Shown here: positions 39,787 to 49,269 of the stretch, one piece after another
Layout: each line of letters opens with the position of its first letter
Numbering within the stretch: position 1 is the first letter of the stretch
NCBI GenBank assembly: GCA_964490075.1
Contig: CAZBBK010000003.1
Location: 62,001-126,000 of the forward strand
DNA from: an uncultured Gemmatimonadota bacterium
GTDB lineage: Bacteria; GCA-2686955
Direction of reading: 5' to 3'
DNA: 64,000 bases
Translations under genes and position numbers: made by a program
Notes under the pieces: generated by a model
The model's database searches: none
Told to the model about the DNA's origin: nothing
Seen by the model: only the letters and a program-made list of their open reading frames with translations

Positions 39787-40509
39787 CTACGAAAACACGG
39801 CGCCGCGGCCCTCTCCAAGCCGGCGGTACAGGTCCCGCACCGCGGCTTCGCTGCGCGCGAGGAGCTCGTCGCGGCGCTTCGGGCCGAGCGGCGGGATCGG
39901 GTCGCCGATGGCGAGATACACTTCACCGGGCACCACGATCCGTCCCCCCTTCGGCAGCCGATCGGCGGTGCCGCGCAGCGCCAGCGGAACCACCGCGACT
40001 CCGGTCTTCGCCGCCAGCACGAAGGCCCCCTTCTTGAAAGGTTGGATGCGGGTATCGCGCGATCGAGTCCCCTCGGCGTAGACCAGGATCGAGGTGCCCG
40101 CGCGCACCCGGCGGGCCGCCTCGTCGATGGTGCGAAAGGCTCGCTTTCGGTCGCCGCGGTCGATCTCGAGGATTCCGGCGCGGCGCATGGCGCGGCCGAA
40201 GAGCGGGATCCGAAAGAGCTCGGTCTTGGCGATGATCCGGATGCTGGGGAGAACGCTGAGGGTCGCCGGGATGTCGAGCAGGGACTGGTGATTCGAGACC
40301 AGGACCAGGGGCCGGGCGTCGGGCATGCGACCCACGACCCGCACGCGAATTCCGAGCACGCGCAGCACGCGGCCGGCCCAGCTCGACACGGTGCGCTCGA
40401 AGGAGCGCTGGAAGCGGTGCGGCTTCATCAAGTAAGAGAGGACGATCGTCTCGAGGCATGCCCAGGCGGTCACCACGACCACGGCCAGGAGTCTGAGCTT
40501 GGACTGCAT
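39787..40509 (-). CDS. plsC: 1-acyl-sn-glycerol-3-phosphate acyltransferase
   Basis: NHQSLLD, AEGTRS, FKKG. Confidence 0.9.
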   Translation of the reverse strand: MQSKLRLLAVVVVTAWACLETIVLSYLMKPHRFQRSFERTVSSWAGRVLRVLGIRVRVVGRMPDARPLVLVSNHQSLLDIPATLSVLPSIRIIAKTELFRIPLFGRAMRRAGILEIDRGDRKRAFRTIDEAARRVRAGTSILVYAEGTRSRDTRIQPFKKGAFVLAAKTGVAVVPLALRGTADRLPKGGRIVVPGEVYLAIGDPIPPLGPKRRDELLARSEAAVRDLYRRLGEGRGAVFS

Positions 40510-40595
40510 GGATGGATGGTGGCGTGCGATCGGAGGAGACGCAAGAGCAAGATCTCGCGCGTTGGAGAGGCGGCGATCGAGTAAGCTCGCCCGGC

Positions 40596-41948
40596 GTGAC
40601 GTCTGAACGAGTTCTGAAGTGGTCGATCGTCCTCGGAGTCGTGCTGCGACTCGTCCTGGCCCTGGCCTATCCCGGCGAGATCACCGACTCCGACGAGTAT
40701 CTGCAGCTCGGGCGCAACATCTGGCACCACGGGATCTTCACTCGCTTCGAGCTGCCCCCGGATTGCGACCCGTCGGAGCTGCGCAGCGACCCGGAGTTCC
40801 TGCGGACTCCGGGCTACCCGCTGCTGATCGCAGCGGTCGAGGGGCTTTGGGGGTCTTCGGAGCGCGCTCTGCGGCTGGTCCAGGTGGTCTTGTCGGCGCT
40901 GGAGCTGGCGATGCTGGTCGCGATCGGCCGGCGCTTTCTGGGTCCGCGCGCTCTGACCCTCGGCGTGGCCTGGTACGCGCTACATCCGGTGGCCGTGGGA
41001 CTGCCCCGATTGGCGATTTCCGAGGGCCTCTTCAACACGCTGCTGGTCGGCTCTTTCCTGGTACTGTTGCGGCTCACCGAGTCGAGCGCCTCGCGCAAGG
41101 CGGGCCTTTGGTGGTCGGTGGCGCTGGGCCTGATGCTGGCGGCGACGGCGGAGGTGAGGCCCCAGGCGCAGCTCTTCCTGGGTCTGTTCCTGGTTCTCCT
41201 GCTCGTACGTCGGCCCGGTCGCGGCACTTTGCTCCAGTCGGCCGCGGTGGTGCTGACCTTCGCGCTGGCGGTTGCTCCTTGGTCGCTGCGCAATCAGCGC
41301 CAGTTCGACATGTGGACTCCCTTCGGGGTAGGTCTGTGGCAGACCCTGTGGTATGCGACGCTTCCTTACGAGTTTGACGGCGATTGGGATTTCGCGCCGC
41401 TGCTGCGTGAGGGCGACCGGGAGCGGCTCAGCGTCGCGACGGTGGCGGAGATCGATCCCGCCTATCGGGCGCTGGCGCTGCGCAACTTGCGCGAAGATCC
41501 CTGGGGGGTGGTCAAAGAGCGGCTGCGCCGCTACCCCCATCTCTGGATCAACAGCAGATTCTATCTGCCGCGCGAGCTGCTGGGCGCCTCGGAGAAGGGC
41601 TACGGGGAGCTCCGCCAGGCAGGGAACTGGCCTCCGATGGTCTGGAAGATCGCTTCGACCCTGGTCTTCAGTCTGGCGCCGCTGGTGCTCGCGGGATGGG
41701 CGATCCTGCGTCGATGGCGCAGACCCTGGTGGTGGGTGCCGCTCGCGCTCGTTCCCCTGACCACGGGGGGCGTGCATCTCTTCCTGGGGATTTGTGAGTA
41801 TCGCTACGCGCTGCCGGCGGTGCCCTTTCTGGCACTGCTCGCCGCCGCGGGGCTCCCCTGCGTCGCCGAGGTCGACGGCTTCCCCGCCGGTCTCGGCACC
41901 CCGCCGCGCCGGCCCTTGCGCATCGGGCGATCACCCGAGGGAGCGTGA
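40596..41948 (+). CDS. GT-C fold (ArnT/PMT-like) membrane glycosyltransferase
   Basis: DSDEY after TM1, RTPGYP, SE, RP, PWSLRN, RYALP; many TM helices; start uncertain. Confidence 0.8.
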   Translation: MTSERVLKWSIVLGVVLRLVLALAYPGEITDSDEYLQLGRNIWHHGIFTRFELPPDCDPSELRSDPEFLRTPGYPLLIAAVEGLWGSSERALRLVQVVLSALELAMLVAIGRRFLGPRALTLGVAWYALHPVAVGLPRLAISEGLFNTLLVGSFLVLLRLTESSASRKAGLWWSVALGLMLAATAEVRPQAQLFLGLFLVLLLVRRPGRGTLLQSAAVVLTFALAVAPWSLRNQRQFDMWTPFGVGLWQTLWYATLPYEFDGDWDFAPLLREGDRERLSVATVAEIDPAYRALALRNLREDPWGVVKERLRRYPHLWINSRFYLPRELLGASEKGYGELRQAGNWPPMVWKIASTLVFSLAPLVLAGWAILRRWRRPWWWVPLALVPLTTGGVHLFLGICEYRYALPAVPFLALLAAAGLPCVAEVDGFPAGLGTPPRRPLRIGRSPEGA

Positions 41949-43957
41949 ACGTGATCCGGGATTCTCTCGCGCGGGCGACACCGTGGATTCTGGCGCTCTA
42001 CGTGAGCGCCCTCTTTCTGCCGGCGTTCCTGAGCTCGGGCCCCTTGCTCTACACCGATCAACCGCTGTGGGCCGCGGTGGCGCATACCTGGCGGGCCGAG
42101 GTGATTCCCGACCAGGCCTGGTTCACGCCTTCGGTGAGCGACCGGGCCGACGCGGGCCTGGTTCTCGGTCAGGTCTACTCACTCGCGATCTGGCTGCCGT
42201 GGATCCTGAGCAGTCTCTTCTCACCCGGCACGGCGGTGAAGCTGGCGACCTTCGGCAGTGCTCTCTTCTACGTCGGCGCGGTCTATCTTCTGGCGCGGCA
42301 GGTCGCCTCTAGAGCAATCTCGGCTCTGGCGGCGGCGGTGCTGCTGGCACACGGTTTCGGCGAGATGACCGCGGGGATGTGGTACCAGTACGTGGCGCTC
42401 GCGTCGGCCCTCATCGTGTGGGTGATCTGCGAACGAGCCCGCGTTCTCTGGCGAAGTTCCTTGCTTGCCGCGGCGGCGGCGGCGATGGCGCTCTGCGCCT
42501 ACGCGCACCCGGTCGGCCTGCTGGCCGCGGCGCTGATCTACGCCTCCCACCTGGGACTGCTCTTTCGGGAGGATCGCTGGCGTCCGGGACCACGCTTGGC
42601 GGCGGCGGTGGGCGCCGGGGTCGCCGCCCTGCTGTTGGCCATGCCTCAGCTTCAAGGATACCTGTCGCTCGCCCCGGATCTCAGCACCGGCGCTCCATCG
42701 TCGCCCGGCGGTGCACAGGTCTCCATCAACCCCGGCAGACTGCTCCAAGGAATGAGCGGAGGACTGACCGGAGTCGACGTCGCGATCGCCTGTGCGTCGG
42801 GCGTGCTGCTCTGCTATGGAGTGTACGGACTGTGGCGAACCAGGCGCCTGGGCCTGCTCTTGCCCGCGTTGATGATGCTGGGAGGCGGATTGCTGCTGGC
42901 GATGCGCGGACCGGTCCAATACGAGGGCGCCGGGCAGTACGGCGACTTCGCGGGCCATTTTGGAAAGCGCTTCCTGGTGCTCTGGCAGCTCGCCCTGGTC
43001 CTGCTCGCGGCCGGCGGACTGCAGCATCTGGTCCGCTGTCTGGCGGGTACTGGGTGGCCCAGAAAGGCCGGCGTCGCGGCGCTCGCCGCACTCTGGGTCG
43101 CGCCCGCGCTTCGGCCGGCGAAGAACCTGCTCTTGGACGACGCGCCGAACCTGGTGACGTTGGGCGGTGCCAAAGTCGAAGCGGCGGCGACAGAGTTGTG
43201 GAGCTGGCTCGACGCGCACGCCGACCCGGCACGTGGCAGGGTCTACTTCGAAAACACCGGCCACGATTACGACTGGAACGCCACGCCGGAGCCGCTCGCG
43301 AACTGGTCCCATTTCCTCGCGCTGTCCAGCATCTTTGCCTCGATCGACCAGGTGAATGGCTGGTGCAACTGGGTCGGGCCCTTCGGGCTGCGCCACGGTG
43401 CGCGGGCCAGTGGATCGCTCTTCGGCCTTCCCGCCCACCGCTTGGACGCGGCCCTGGTCAACGACGAGATGCGCATCTTGAACGTGCGTCTCCTGGTGGC
43501 GCACTCGCCGGAACTGATCGCCTGGCTCACGCGCAACCCCGATACCGAGCGGGTGGCTCGACTGAAAGGGTTCTCGGTGTTCGAGAACCGGAGCTTCGAA
43601 CCGGCTCTCGGCTACCAGGTGGAGAGCGGCGAGCCGCTCGCCGTGACCCGCCACTCGCCTTCGCTCCTGGAGCTCAGCGCGGAGGGGCCGGCGGGGAGCT
43701 GGGTGCATGTCGCGCTGGCCTACGCCAAGAACTGGCGCGCGAGTTGCGAGGGTCGGCCCGTGCCGCTGGTGAATCACCACGAGCTGATCCGTCTGCAGCT
43801 GCCGGAATCGGGGCAACAGACGATCCAGCTTCGATTCGATGCCTCGAAGAGGGTGCCGTCGCTGGCGCTCCTGGCGGGGCTCCTGCTGGTTGCCAGATGG
43901 ATGCTCAGCGGACGCGGCGCGCCACTGCGCGCAGCTTGCGCGAGGAGCCGCTCATGA
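41945..43957 (+). CDS. YfhO-like GT-C membrane protein
   Basis: TM-rich N-terminal half with D in the first loop, soluble domain, C-terminal NWRA beta domain plus final TM; GTGA overlap. Confidence 0.65.
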   Translation: MNVIRDSLARATPWILALYVSALFLPAFLSSGPLLYTDQPLWAAVAHTWRAEVIPDQAWFTPSVSDRADAGLVLGQVYSLAIWLPWILSSLFSPGTAVKLATFGSALFYVGAVYLLARQVASRAISALAAAVLLAHGFGEMTAGMWYQYVALASALIVWVICERARVLWRSSLLAAAAAAMALCAYAHPVGLLAAALIYASHLGLLFREDRWRPGPRLAAAVGAGVAALLLAMPQLQGYLSLAPDLSTGAPSSPGGAQVSINPGRLLQGMSGGLTGVDVAIACASGVLLCYGVYGLWRTRRLGLLLPALMMLGGGLLLAMRGPVQYEGAGQYGDFAGHFGKRFLVLWQLALVLLAAGGLQHLVRCLAGTGWPRKAGVAALAALWVAPALRPAKNLLLDDAPNLVTLGGAKVEAAATELWSWLDAHADPARGRVYFENTGHDYDWNATPEPLANWSHFLALSSIFASIDQVNGWCNWVGPFGLRHGARASGSLFGLPAHRLDAALVNDEMRILNVRLLVAHSPELIAWLTRNPDTERVARLKGFSVFENRSFEPALGYQVESGEPLAVTRHSPSLLELSAEGPAGSWVHVALAYAKNWRASCEGRPVPLVNHHELIRLQLPESGQQTIQLRFDASKRVPSLALLAGLLLVARWMLSGRGAPLRAACARSRS

Positions 43958-45111
43958 CGATCCCATTCAACAAGCCCTTCATTGTCGGACGCGAGCTGCA
44001 CTACATCTCGCAAGCGGTTCTGGGGGGCCACCTGGCGGGCGACGGGGAATTCACCAAGCGCTGCCGGCTGTGGCTGGAGGAACGCACCGGATCGCCCTGC
44101 GTGCTCTTGACCCACTCCTGCACCGCGGCGCTGGAGATGGCCGCGATCCTCTGCGAGCTTGGTCCCGGCGACGAGGTGATCCTCCCTTCCTACACCTTCG
44201 TGTCGACCGCCAACGCCTTCGTGCTCCGGGGGGCTCGCCCGGTCTTCGTCGATATTCGGCCCGACACCCTCAACATCGACGAGACGAAGATCGCACGGTG
44301 CCTGAGCGATCGCACCCGGGCCATCGTTCCGATGCACTACGCGGGAGTCGGCTGCGAGATGGATCCGATCCTGGAGATCGCCGCCCAGCACGGGCTCAAG
44401 GTGATCGAGGACGCCGCCCAGGGAGTCGATGCACGCCGTGCGGGCAAGGCCCTCGGCAGCATCGGAGATCTTGGCGCGTTCAGCTTCCACGAAACCAAGA
44501 ACTTCATTAGCGGGGAGGGGGGGGCGCTGCTGGTCAACAACCCGACGCTGGTGGAGCGGGCCGAGATCATCCGCGAGAAAGGCACCAACCGCTCACAGTT
44601 CTTTCGTGGTCAGGTCGACAAGTACACCTGGCTCGACATCGGATCGTCGTTCTTGCCCTCCGAAATCGTCGCCGCGTTTCTGTGCGCCCAGCTCGAGGCC
44701 GCCGAGATGATCAGCGCGACCCGGCAACGGATTTTCGACCGCTACCGGCGGCTGCTCGAGCCGCTCGCCGCGGCGGGCCACCTGCGGCTGCCGGTCGTGC
44801 CCCAGGATTGCGCGCACAACGCACACATGTTCTACATCCTGACCAGCACCGCCGCGATCCGCGACCAGCTTCTCACCGACCTGCGAAAGCGCGGGATCCA
44901 CGCCGTCTTTCACTACCTGCCCCTGCACCTCTCTCCGATGGGCCGGCGGCTCGGCTACCAGGGCGGCGATTTGCCGGTCACCGAAGATCTGAGCGCGCGC
45001 CTGATCCGCCTTCCCTGCTACTTCGAGCTGACCGAGGACGAGCAGGAGCAGGTGGTCGGCGCGCTCGTCGAGTTTTTCGGGATGGTCTTTCGAGGCGACG
45101 CTTCGCGCTAG
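43954..45111 (+). CDS. wecE: dTDP-4-amino-4,6-dideoxygalactose transaminase (DegT family)
   Basis: IPFNKP, SCTAALEM, EDAAQ, SFHETKN, EKGTNRSQFFRGQVDKYTW. Confidence 0.93.
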   Translation: MTIPFNKPFIVGRELHYISQAVLGGHLAGDGEFTKRCRLWLEERTGSPCVLLTHSCTAALEMAAILCELGPGDEVILPSYTFVSTANAFVLRGARPVFVDIRPDTLNIDETKIARCLSDRTRAIVPMHYAGVGCEMDPILEIAAQHGLKVIEDAAQGVDARRAGKALGSIGDLGAFSFHETKNFISGEGGALLVNNPTLVERAEIIREKGTNRSQFFRGQVDKYTWLDIGSSFLPSEIVAAFLCAQLEAAEMISATRQRIFDRYRRLLEPLAAAGHLRLPVVPQDCAHNAHMFYILTSTAAIRDQLLTDLRKRGIHAVFHYLPLHLSPMGRRLGYQGGDLPVTEDLSARLIRLPCYFELTEDEQEQVVGALVEFFGMVFRGDASR

Positions 45112-45323
45112 TTACCGTCCATGGATTCCCGCCGACTGCGGGGCGCGCGAGGGAAATATGCGAGCGCACGATGTCGCGATAGCATTGCTGGCATTGCTCG
45201 GATCCCTCCACGGGTAGCCGGCAAGACCGCTCCGATGTGCTAGACTTGACTCTCGGGGAAAGCACCCCTTCTCGTAGACTACACAACTGTGTCTTCCTGC
45301 AACGACACTACTGCAGACATGAA

Positions 45324-45470
45324 GTGATTCTGAGTGCCATATCCAACCGGCGCAGCATTCGCAGATACAAGCCCGATGCGGTGGAAGCCGAGAAGATCGC
45401 GGAGCTGATGCCAGGCGTCGCGGCCGATCCTCGATCGGCGCGGCGCGGAGGAGAATACAGTGCCGAATGA
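45324..45470 (+). pseudogene. nitroreductase N-terminal remnant
   Basis: ILSAISNRRSIRRYKPDAVEAEKIAELM matches a nitroreductase start; similarity is lost after about 30 aa and the ORF stops at 45470. Confidence 0.6.
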
Positions 45471-45963
45471 ACCAGAGACTCAGACCACCGCTGCCACACC
45501 GGAGCTACCGGACTCGCTCTTTCGACGGGTCCTCGATGCTCTGCACCACGCGGTGATGGTGGTGGCACCCGACAAGCGAATTCTGTACGCAAACCAGGCG
45601 ATGTGCCAGTACGTCGGCCTGGTCACCGCCAGGGCGTGGACACCCGAGGAGCTCGTGGGAATGGATGTCATGGAATTCCATCCCCCGCCCTCGGTCCAGG
45701 GCACCGAACGCCGCTTCCGATCCATGGCCGGCGCCGGCCACCTCGCTCCACGCACCAACCCCATCGAGGAGCTGATGTTCATGACCTGGGACTCGCGCAT
45801 CCTGGATGCGGACGGCGGCATCGCCGTCTACGTGCTGGAGAAGATCCCCGCCAGCTTCTGCCCCTCGCCGATTCCCGAAAAGAGCATCGACTCCTTGGCG
45901 CAGATCCGGGCGAAGTTCGGCGCCGACGATCCCGCCCTCGGATCTGATCCGGTCCCACGGTAG
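45460..45963 (+). CDS. stand-alone PAS domain protein
   Basis: VLDALHHAVMVV..ILYANQAM..EELVG..FHPP; GGAGG RBS. Confidence 0.8.
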   Translation: MPNEPETQTTAATPELPDSLFRRVLDALHHAVMVVAPDKRILYANQAMCQYVGLVTARAWTPEELVGMDVMEFHPPPSVQGTERRFRSMAGAGHLAPRTNPIEELMFMTWDSRILDADGGIAVYVLEKIPASFCPSPIPEKSIDSLAQIRAKFGADDPALGSDPVPR

Positions 45964-46010
45964 CCGGCAAGCTCGGCACAGTTCGGGCGGGGCTAGGGGT
46001 CTAGAACCGC

Positions 46011-46790
46011 CTATTGGACTCCGTTGCCCTTTTCGAGGATCGCGGCGATCTCGCCCACCAAGCGGACGAAGGGTCCATCGCTGCGCCGCCGCGGCCGGTG
46101 CGGCGTCACTCGAAACACCTTGGCGACGCGGCCCGGCGCCGGCGTCATGACCACGATGCGGTCGGCCAGGTACACCGCTTCGCTGACCGAATGGGTGACG
46201 AATACGATCGATTTCTTGTGCCGCTGCCACACTTCGAGCAGCAGCCTCTGCAACATCTGGCGAGTCATGTCGTCCACCGACCCGAAGGGCTCGTCCATGA
46301 GCAGAATTCTGGGATTGGCGGCGAATGCCCTGGCCACGGCTACCCGTTGCTGCATGCCCCCCGAGAGCTCGTGCGGGTAGCTGTGCGCGAAGCCCTCGAG
46401 CCCGACGTCTCGAGTGTACTCTTGGGCGACGACCATTCGTTTCTCCTTGGCCATCCCTTGCATCCGGGGGCCAAAGGCGACGTTTTCCAGGACCGTCAGC
46501 CACGGAAAGAGCGCGTAGCTCTGGAAAACCATGCCGCGATCGGCCGATGCCGCGCGCACCTGTTCGCCATCAGAACGTAGCGTTCCCGCGCTCGGCGAGT
46601 CCAGACCGGCGATCAGGTTGAGCAGCGTGCTCTTGCCGCATCCCGAGGGCCCCACGACACAGAGGAACTCGCCGGGCTCGACTTGGAGATCGAGTCCCTC
46701 CAGAGCCCGCACCGCCGCCCCGCCGCCGCGGCGCGCGAACACCTTGGCGAGCTTCTCCGCCTGGACCGGGCGCGCTACTTCAGCTTCCAA
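46011..46790 (-). CDS. ABC transporter ATP-binding protein (nitrate/sulfonate/taurine type)
   Basis: GPSGCGKST, LSGGMQQR, LLMDEPF, VTH; TTG start inferred. Confidence 0.95.
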   Translation of the reverse strand: MEAEVARPVQAEKLAKVFARRGGGAAVRALEGLDLQVEPGEFLCVVGPSGCGKSTLLNLIAGLDSPSAGTLRSDGEQVRAASADRGMVFQSYALFPWLTVLENVAFGPRMQGMAKEKRMVVAQEYTRDVGLEGFAHSYPHELSGGMQQRVAVARAFAANPRILLMDEPFGSVDDMTRQMLQRLLLEVWQRHKKSIVFVTHSVSEAVYLADRIVVMTPAPGRVAKVFRVTPHRPRRRSDGPFVRLVGEIAAILEKGNGVQ

Positions 46791-47584
46791 TGCATCGTCC
46801 TGCGCTCGAGGGGATGGAAGAGCAGTCGCTCGGTGAGGAGCATCAGGATTCCGAGCAGCAGCATGCTGAGGATCGTGATCTCGGTTCTGCCCAGGCTGCG
46901 TCCGTCCATCAGCATCATGCCGATCCCGGAAGGAACGCCGACCATCTCGGCGGCTACCACCACGCGCCACGAGATGCCCATTCCGACCCGCAGTCCGCTC
47001 AGCAGGTACGGGATCATCGAAGGGATCATCACGTGCAGCAGAATCTGTCGCCGGCCGGCCCCCAGAGTCAGCGCCGCCTTGACCAGCATCGGTTCCACCG
47101 ACTGCACGCCGGTGATCGTGTTGATGGTCACCGGGAAGAGGGTTCCCACGGTGATGATGAAGATCGCCGCTCCGTTGCCCAGGCCGAACCAGATAATCGC
47201 CAGCGGCACCCACGCCACGCCGGGGATCGGCTGGAAGATGCGTACGAAGGGATCGAAGAAGTCGAAGCAGAAGGGGCTCGATCCCATCACCACACCGAGC
47301 ACCACGCCGATCAGTCCACCCAGAACGAAACCAGCGCCTACACGCAACAGGGTCGTCAGAATGTTGCTGAAGAGCAGCCCCTCCCGCGAGAGCTCGATCC
47401 CGGCCTCGAAGACGGTGCCCGGCGATGGCAGCAGCAGCCTGGCGATGAATGGATCGCGCAGCCCGAAGATGCCGGTCCGCGAGGCGGCCTCCCAGAGACC
47501 GAGAAATGCGACCACGAAGAGCGTGGCTCGGAAGGCGCGGGTCGACAGCGCGCCGCGAACCAGAGCCAGGCCTTTGCTGGTCAT
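46775..47584 (-). CDS. ABC transporter permease (SsuC/TauC type)
   Basis: LPSP, QPIPGVAWVP, EAA-like loop KAALTLGA, VVAAEM. Confidence 0.95.
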   Translation of the reverse strand: MTSKGLALVRGALSTRAFRATLFVVAFLGLWEAASRTGIFGLRDPFIARLLLPSPGTVFEAGIELSREGLLFSNILTTLLRVGAGFVLGGLIGVVLGVVMGSSPFCFDFFDPFVRIFQPIPGVAWVPLAIIWFGLGNGAAIFIITVGTLFPVTINTITGVQSVEPMLVKAALTLGAGRRQILLHVMIPSMIPYLLSGLRVGMGISWRVVVAAEMVGVPSGIGMMLMDGRSLGRTEITILSMLLLGILMLLTERLLFHPLERRTMHWKLK

Positions 47585-48261
47585 TGCAGACAGGCTGCCA
47601 TGCACAGCCCGCAGCGCTTCCTGCCGGGTGTCGACATCTGGTGCTGGCGGCACACCTCCTGCTCCATCAAGCGGCCGATCTCTCGATCGTAGATCGAGCC
47701 CTGCTCACCGACCGGCGGCAGCGCACCGGTCGGACAGGCAGCGACACACTGACCGCAGTCCCGGCAGATCGCTCCGCCCGGAGGTGGGGTGGGCTGCAGC
47801 TCGGCGACCGTGACCACCGTGGCGAGCCGCATCGCGCCGAAGTAGTGCGGCACCAGCAGCAAATTGTTGCGACCGATCTCGCCCAGGCCGGCCGCCCTGG
47901 CCACATGACGGTGCGACAGGCTGCCGATCTTCTTCCGCCAGTGATCGGTGGTCCGGTTCGGGACCCCGACGCTGGCCAGCCCCCGTCCCACCAGCCAGTC
48001 GCTCAGCTCGGTCACGGCCTGGTCGAGTAGAGCGTTGGTCGACCGGAACTCGGCCATGTACTCGTCGCGGGTGTCGGGCAAACGCTCGATCACCCGCAGA
48101 TCGAGCGGCATGGCCAGCGCGATCAGGGACTTCGCCTCCGGCAGCAGGCACGCCGGCCTCTGCACCCAGGGAGCGCCGTCGAGAGCGGCGGCGCGGCAGA
48201 AGCCGTAGTGGCGGACCCCGCATCCCCGGAGACGCTCGCCGATCGCCGCTTCCAGCTCCAT
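47581..48261 (-). CDS. epoxyqueuosine reductase/reductive dehalogenase-like 2x[4Fe-4S] protein
   Basis: LLPEAKSLI, SHRHVARAAGLGEIGRNNLL, RLATVVT, CxxCxxCxxxCP and Cx12CxxCxxxC. Confidence 0.85.
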   Translation of the reverse strand: MELEAAIGERLRGCGVRHYGFCRAAALDGAPWVQRPACLLPEAKSLIALAMPLDLRVIERLPDTRDEYMAEFRSTNALLDQAVTELSDWLVGRGLASVGVPNRTTDHWRKKIGSLSHRHVARAAGLGEIGRNNLLLVPHYFGAMRLATVVTVAELQPTPPPGGAICRDCGQCVAACPTGALPPVGEQGSIYDREIGRLMEQEVCRQHQMSTPGRKRCGLCMAACLQ

Positions 48262-49259
48262 CAGGGGGCCACGAATCCGCTGTAGAAGAACGAGTCCCAC
48301 TCCGGCAGGCTCTCGATGTAGCCGAGGCGTCGGGGCAGATCGATCATCTCCTTGTTGCCCGGGATATCCAGGCGCCAATCGAAGTCCGCGCGGCCGCGCG
48401 CCCGGTCGATGATCTTCTGGTCGAGGCTCATCGCCTTGGCGAGAATCGCGTTGGCTCGGTCGTGTTCGCTGTTGATGAACTCCACGGAGCGCTTGTGGAC
48501 CTCGAAGACCTTGCGAACCGTCTCTGGATGCTCTTGCAGCAGATCCTCTCTGACGATGAGCAAACGGCAGGGATAGTTGGTGCCGCCGTGCGACGCCTTC
48601 CAGACCTTCGGCACATCCATCAGCACCCGGGTGCGATCGCCGAATTCCAGTTCGCATTTCGCGGCGAAAGGCTCCCAGGTCAAGATCGCGTCCACCTCTC
48701 CGCGCACCAGGGCCGCCGGCATGTCCGCCGGGACCATGCCGTAGATCAGTTCGAGGTCGGTGTTCGGATCGAGCCCGGCCACCTGTTCGAGAATGTAGCC
48801 GCGCAGCAGGGACTCGGTGATGGTCCCCTTCCTGGGGGCGGCCAGGCGCTTGCCCTTGAGATCTTCGAGGCGGTCGATCTCGCTGTCCTTGCGCACCACG
48901 ATGATCTGCTCACCGCCGTTGGCGCCGGCGATCGCTCGCACCGGTGCGCCGCGTGTCTTCCACACCGCTGCCGGTACGTTTCCCACCAGAGCGACATTGA
49001 TGTTGCCGGCCGCGAATGCCTCCATGAGACTGGTTCCGTCGCCGAACTTGACGATTTTGATCTTGCTCAGGCCCCCAGCTTCGAAGAAGCCCATGGCCTC
49101 GGATACATAGGGAGTCATGGTTCCGAGACCGCGCACGACGCCGATCTCGATCGGCACGGTCTGCTGCGCGGCGCTGGTCGCTGTGGCGCTCTCCGGTGCG
49201 CCGGCGAGCAGCGCCATGGCGAGTGCCGTGAATGTTGTCGTCAGTCGCAGAGATCTCAT
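48261..49259 (-). CDS. ABC substrate-binding protein (SsuA/NrtA/NMT1-like)
   Basis: signal peptide, DLKGKRLA, GEVDA..WEPF. Confidence 0.92.
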   Translation of the reverse strand: MRSLRLTTTFTALAMALLAGAPESATATSAAQQTVPIEIGVVRGLGTMTPYVSEAMGFFEAGGLSKIKIVKFGDGTSLMEAFAAGNINVALVGNVPAAVWKTRGAPVRAIAGANGGEQIIVVRKDSEIDRLEDLKGKRLAAPRKGTITESLLRGYILEQVAGLDPNTDLELIYGMVPADMPAALVRGEVDAILTWEPFAAKCELEFGDRTRVLMDVPKVWKASHGGTNYPCRLLIVREDLLQEHPETVRKVFEVHKRSVEFINSEHDRANAILAKAMSLDQKIIDRARGRADFDWRLDIPGNKEMIDLPRRLGYIESLPEWDSFFYSGFVAP

Positions 49260-49269
49260 GTCATCCCCC

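Noticed and set aside
47581-48261. Assigning the symbol queG or rdhA
   Set aside because: Too short, with no DYH motif, no Tat signal and no rdhB anchor; only a family-level call is supported
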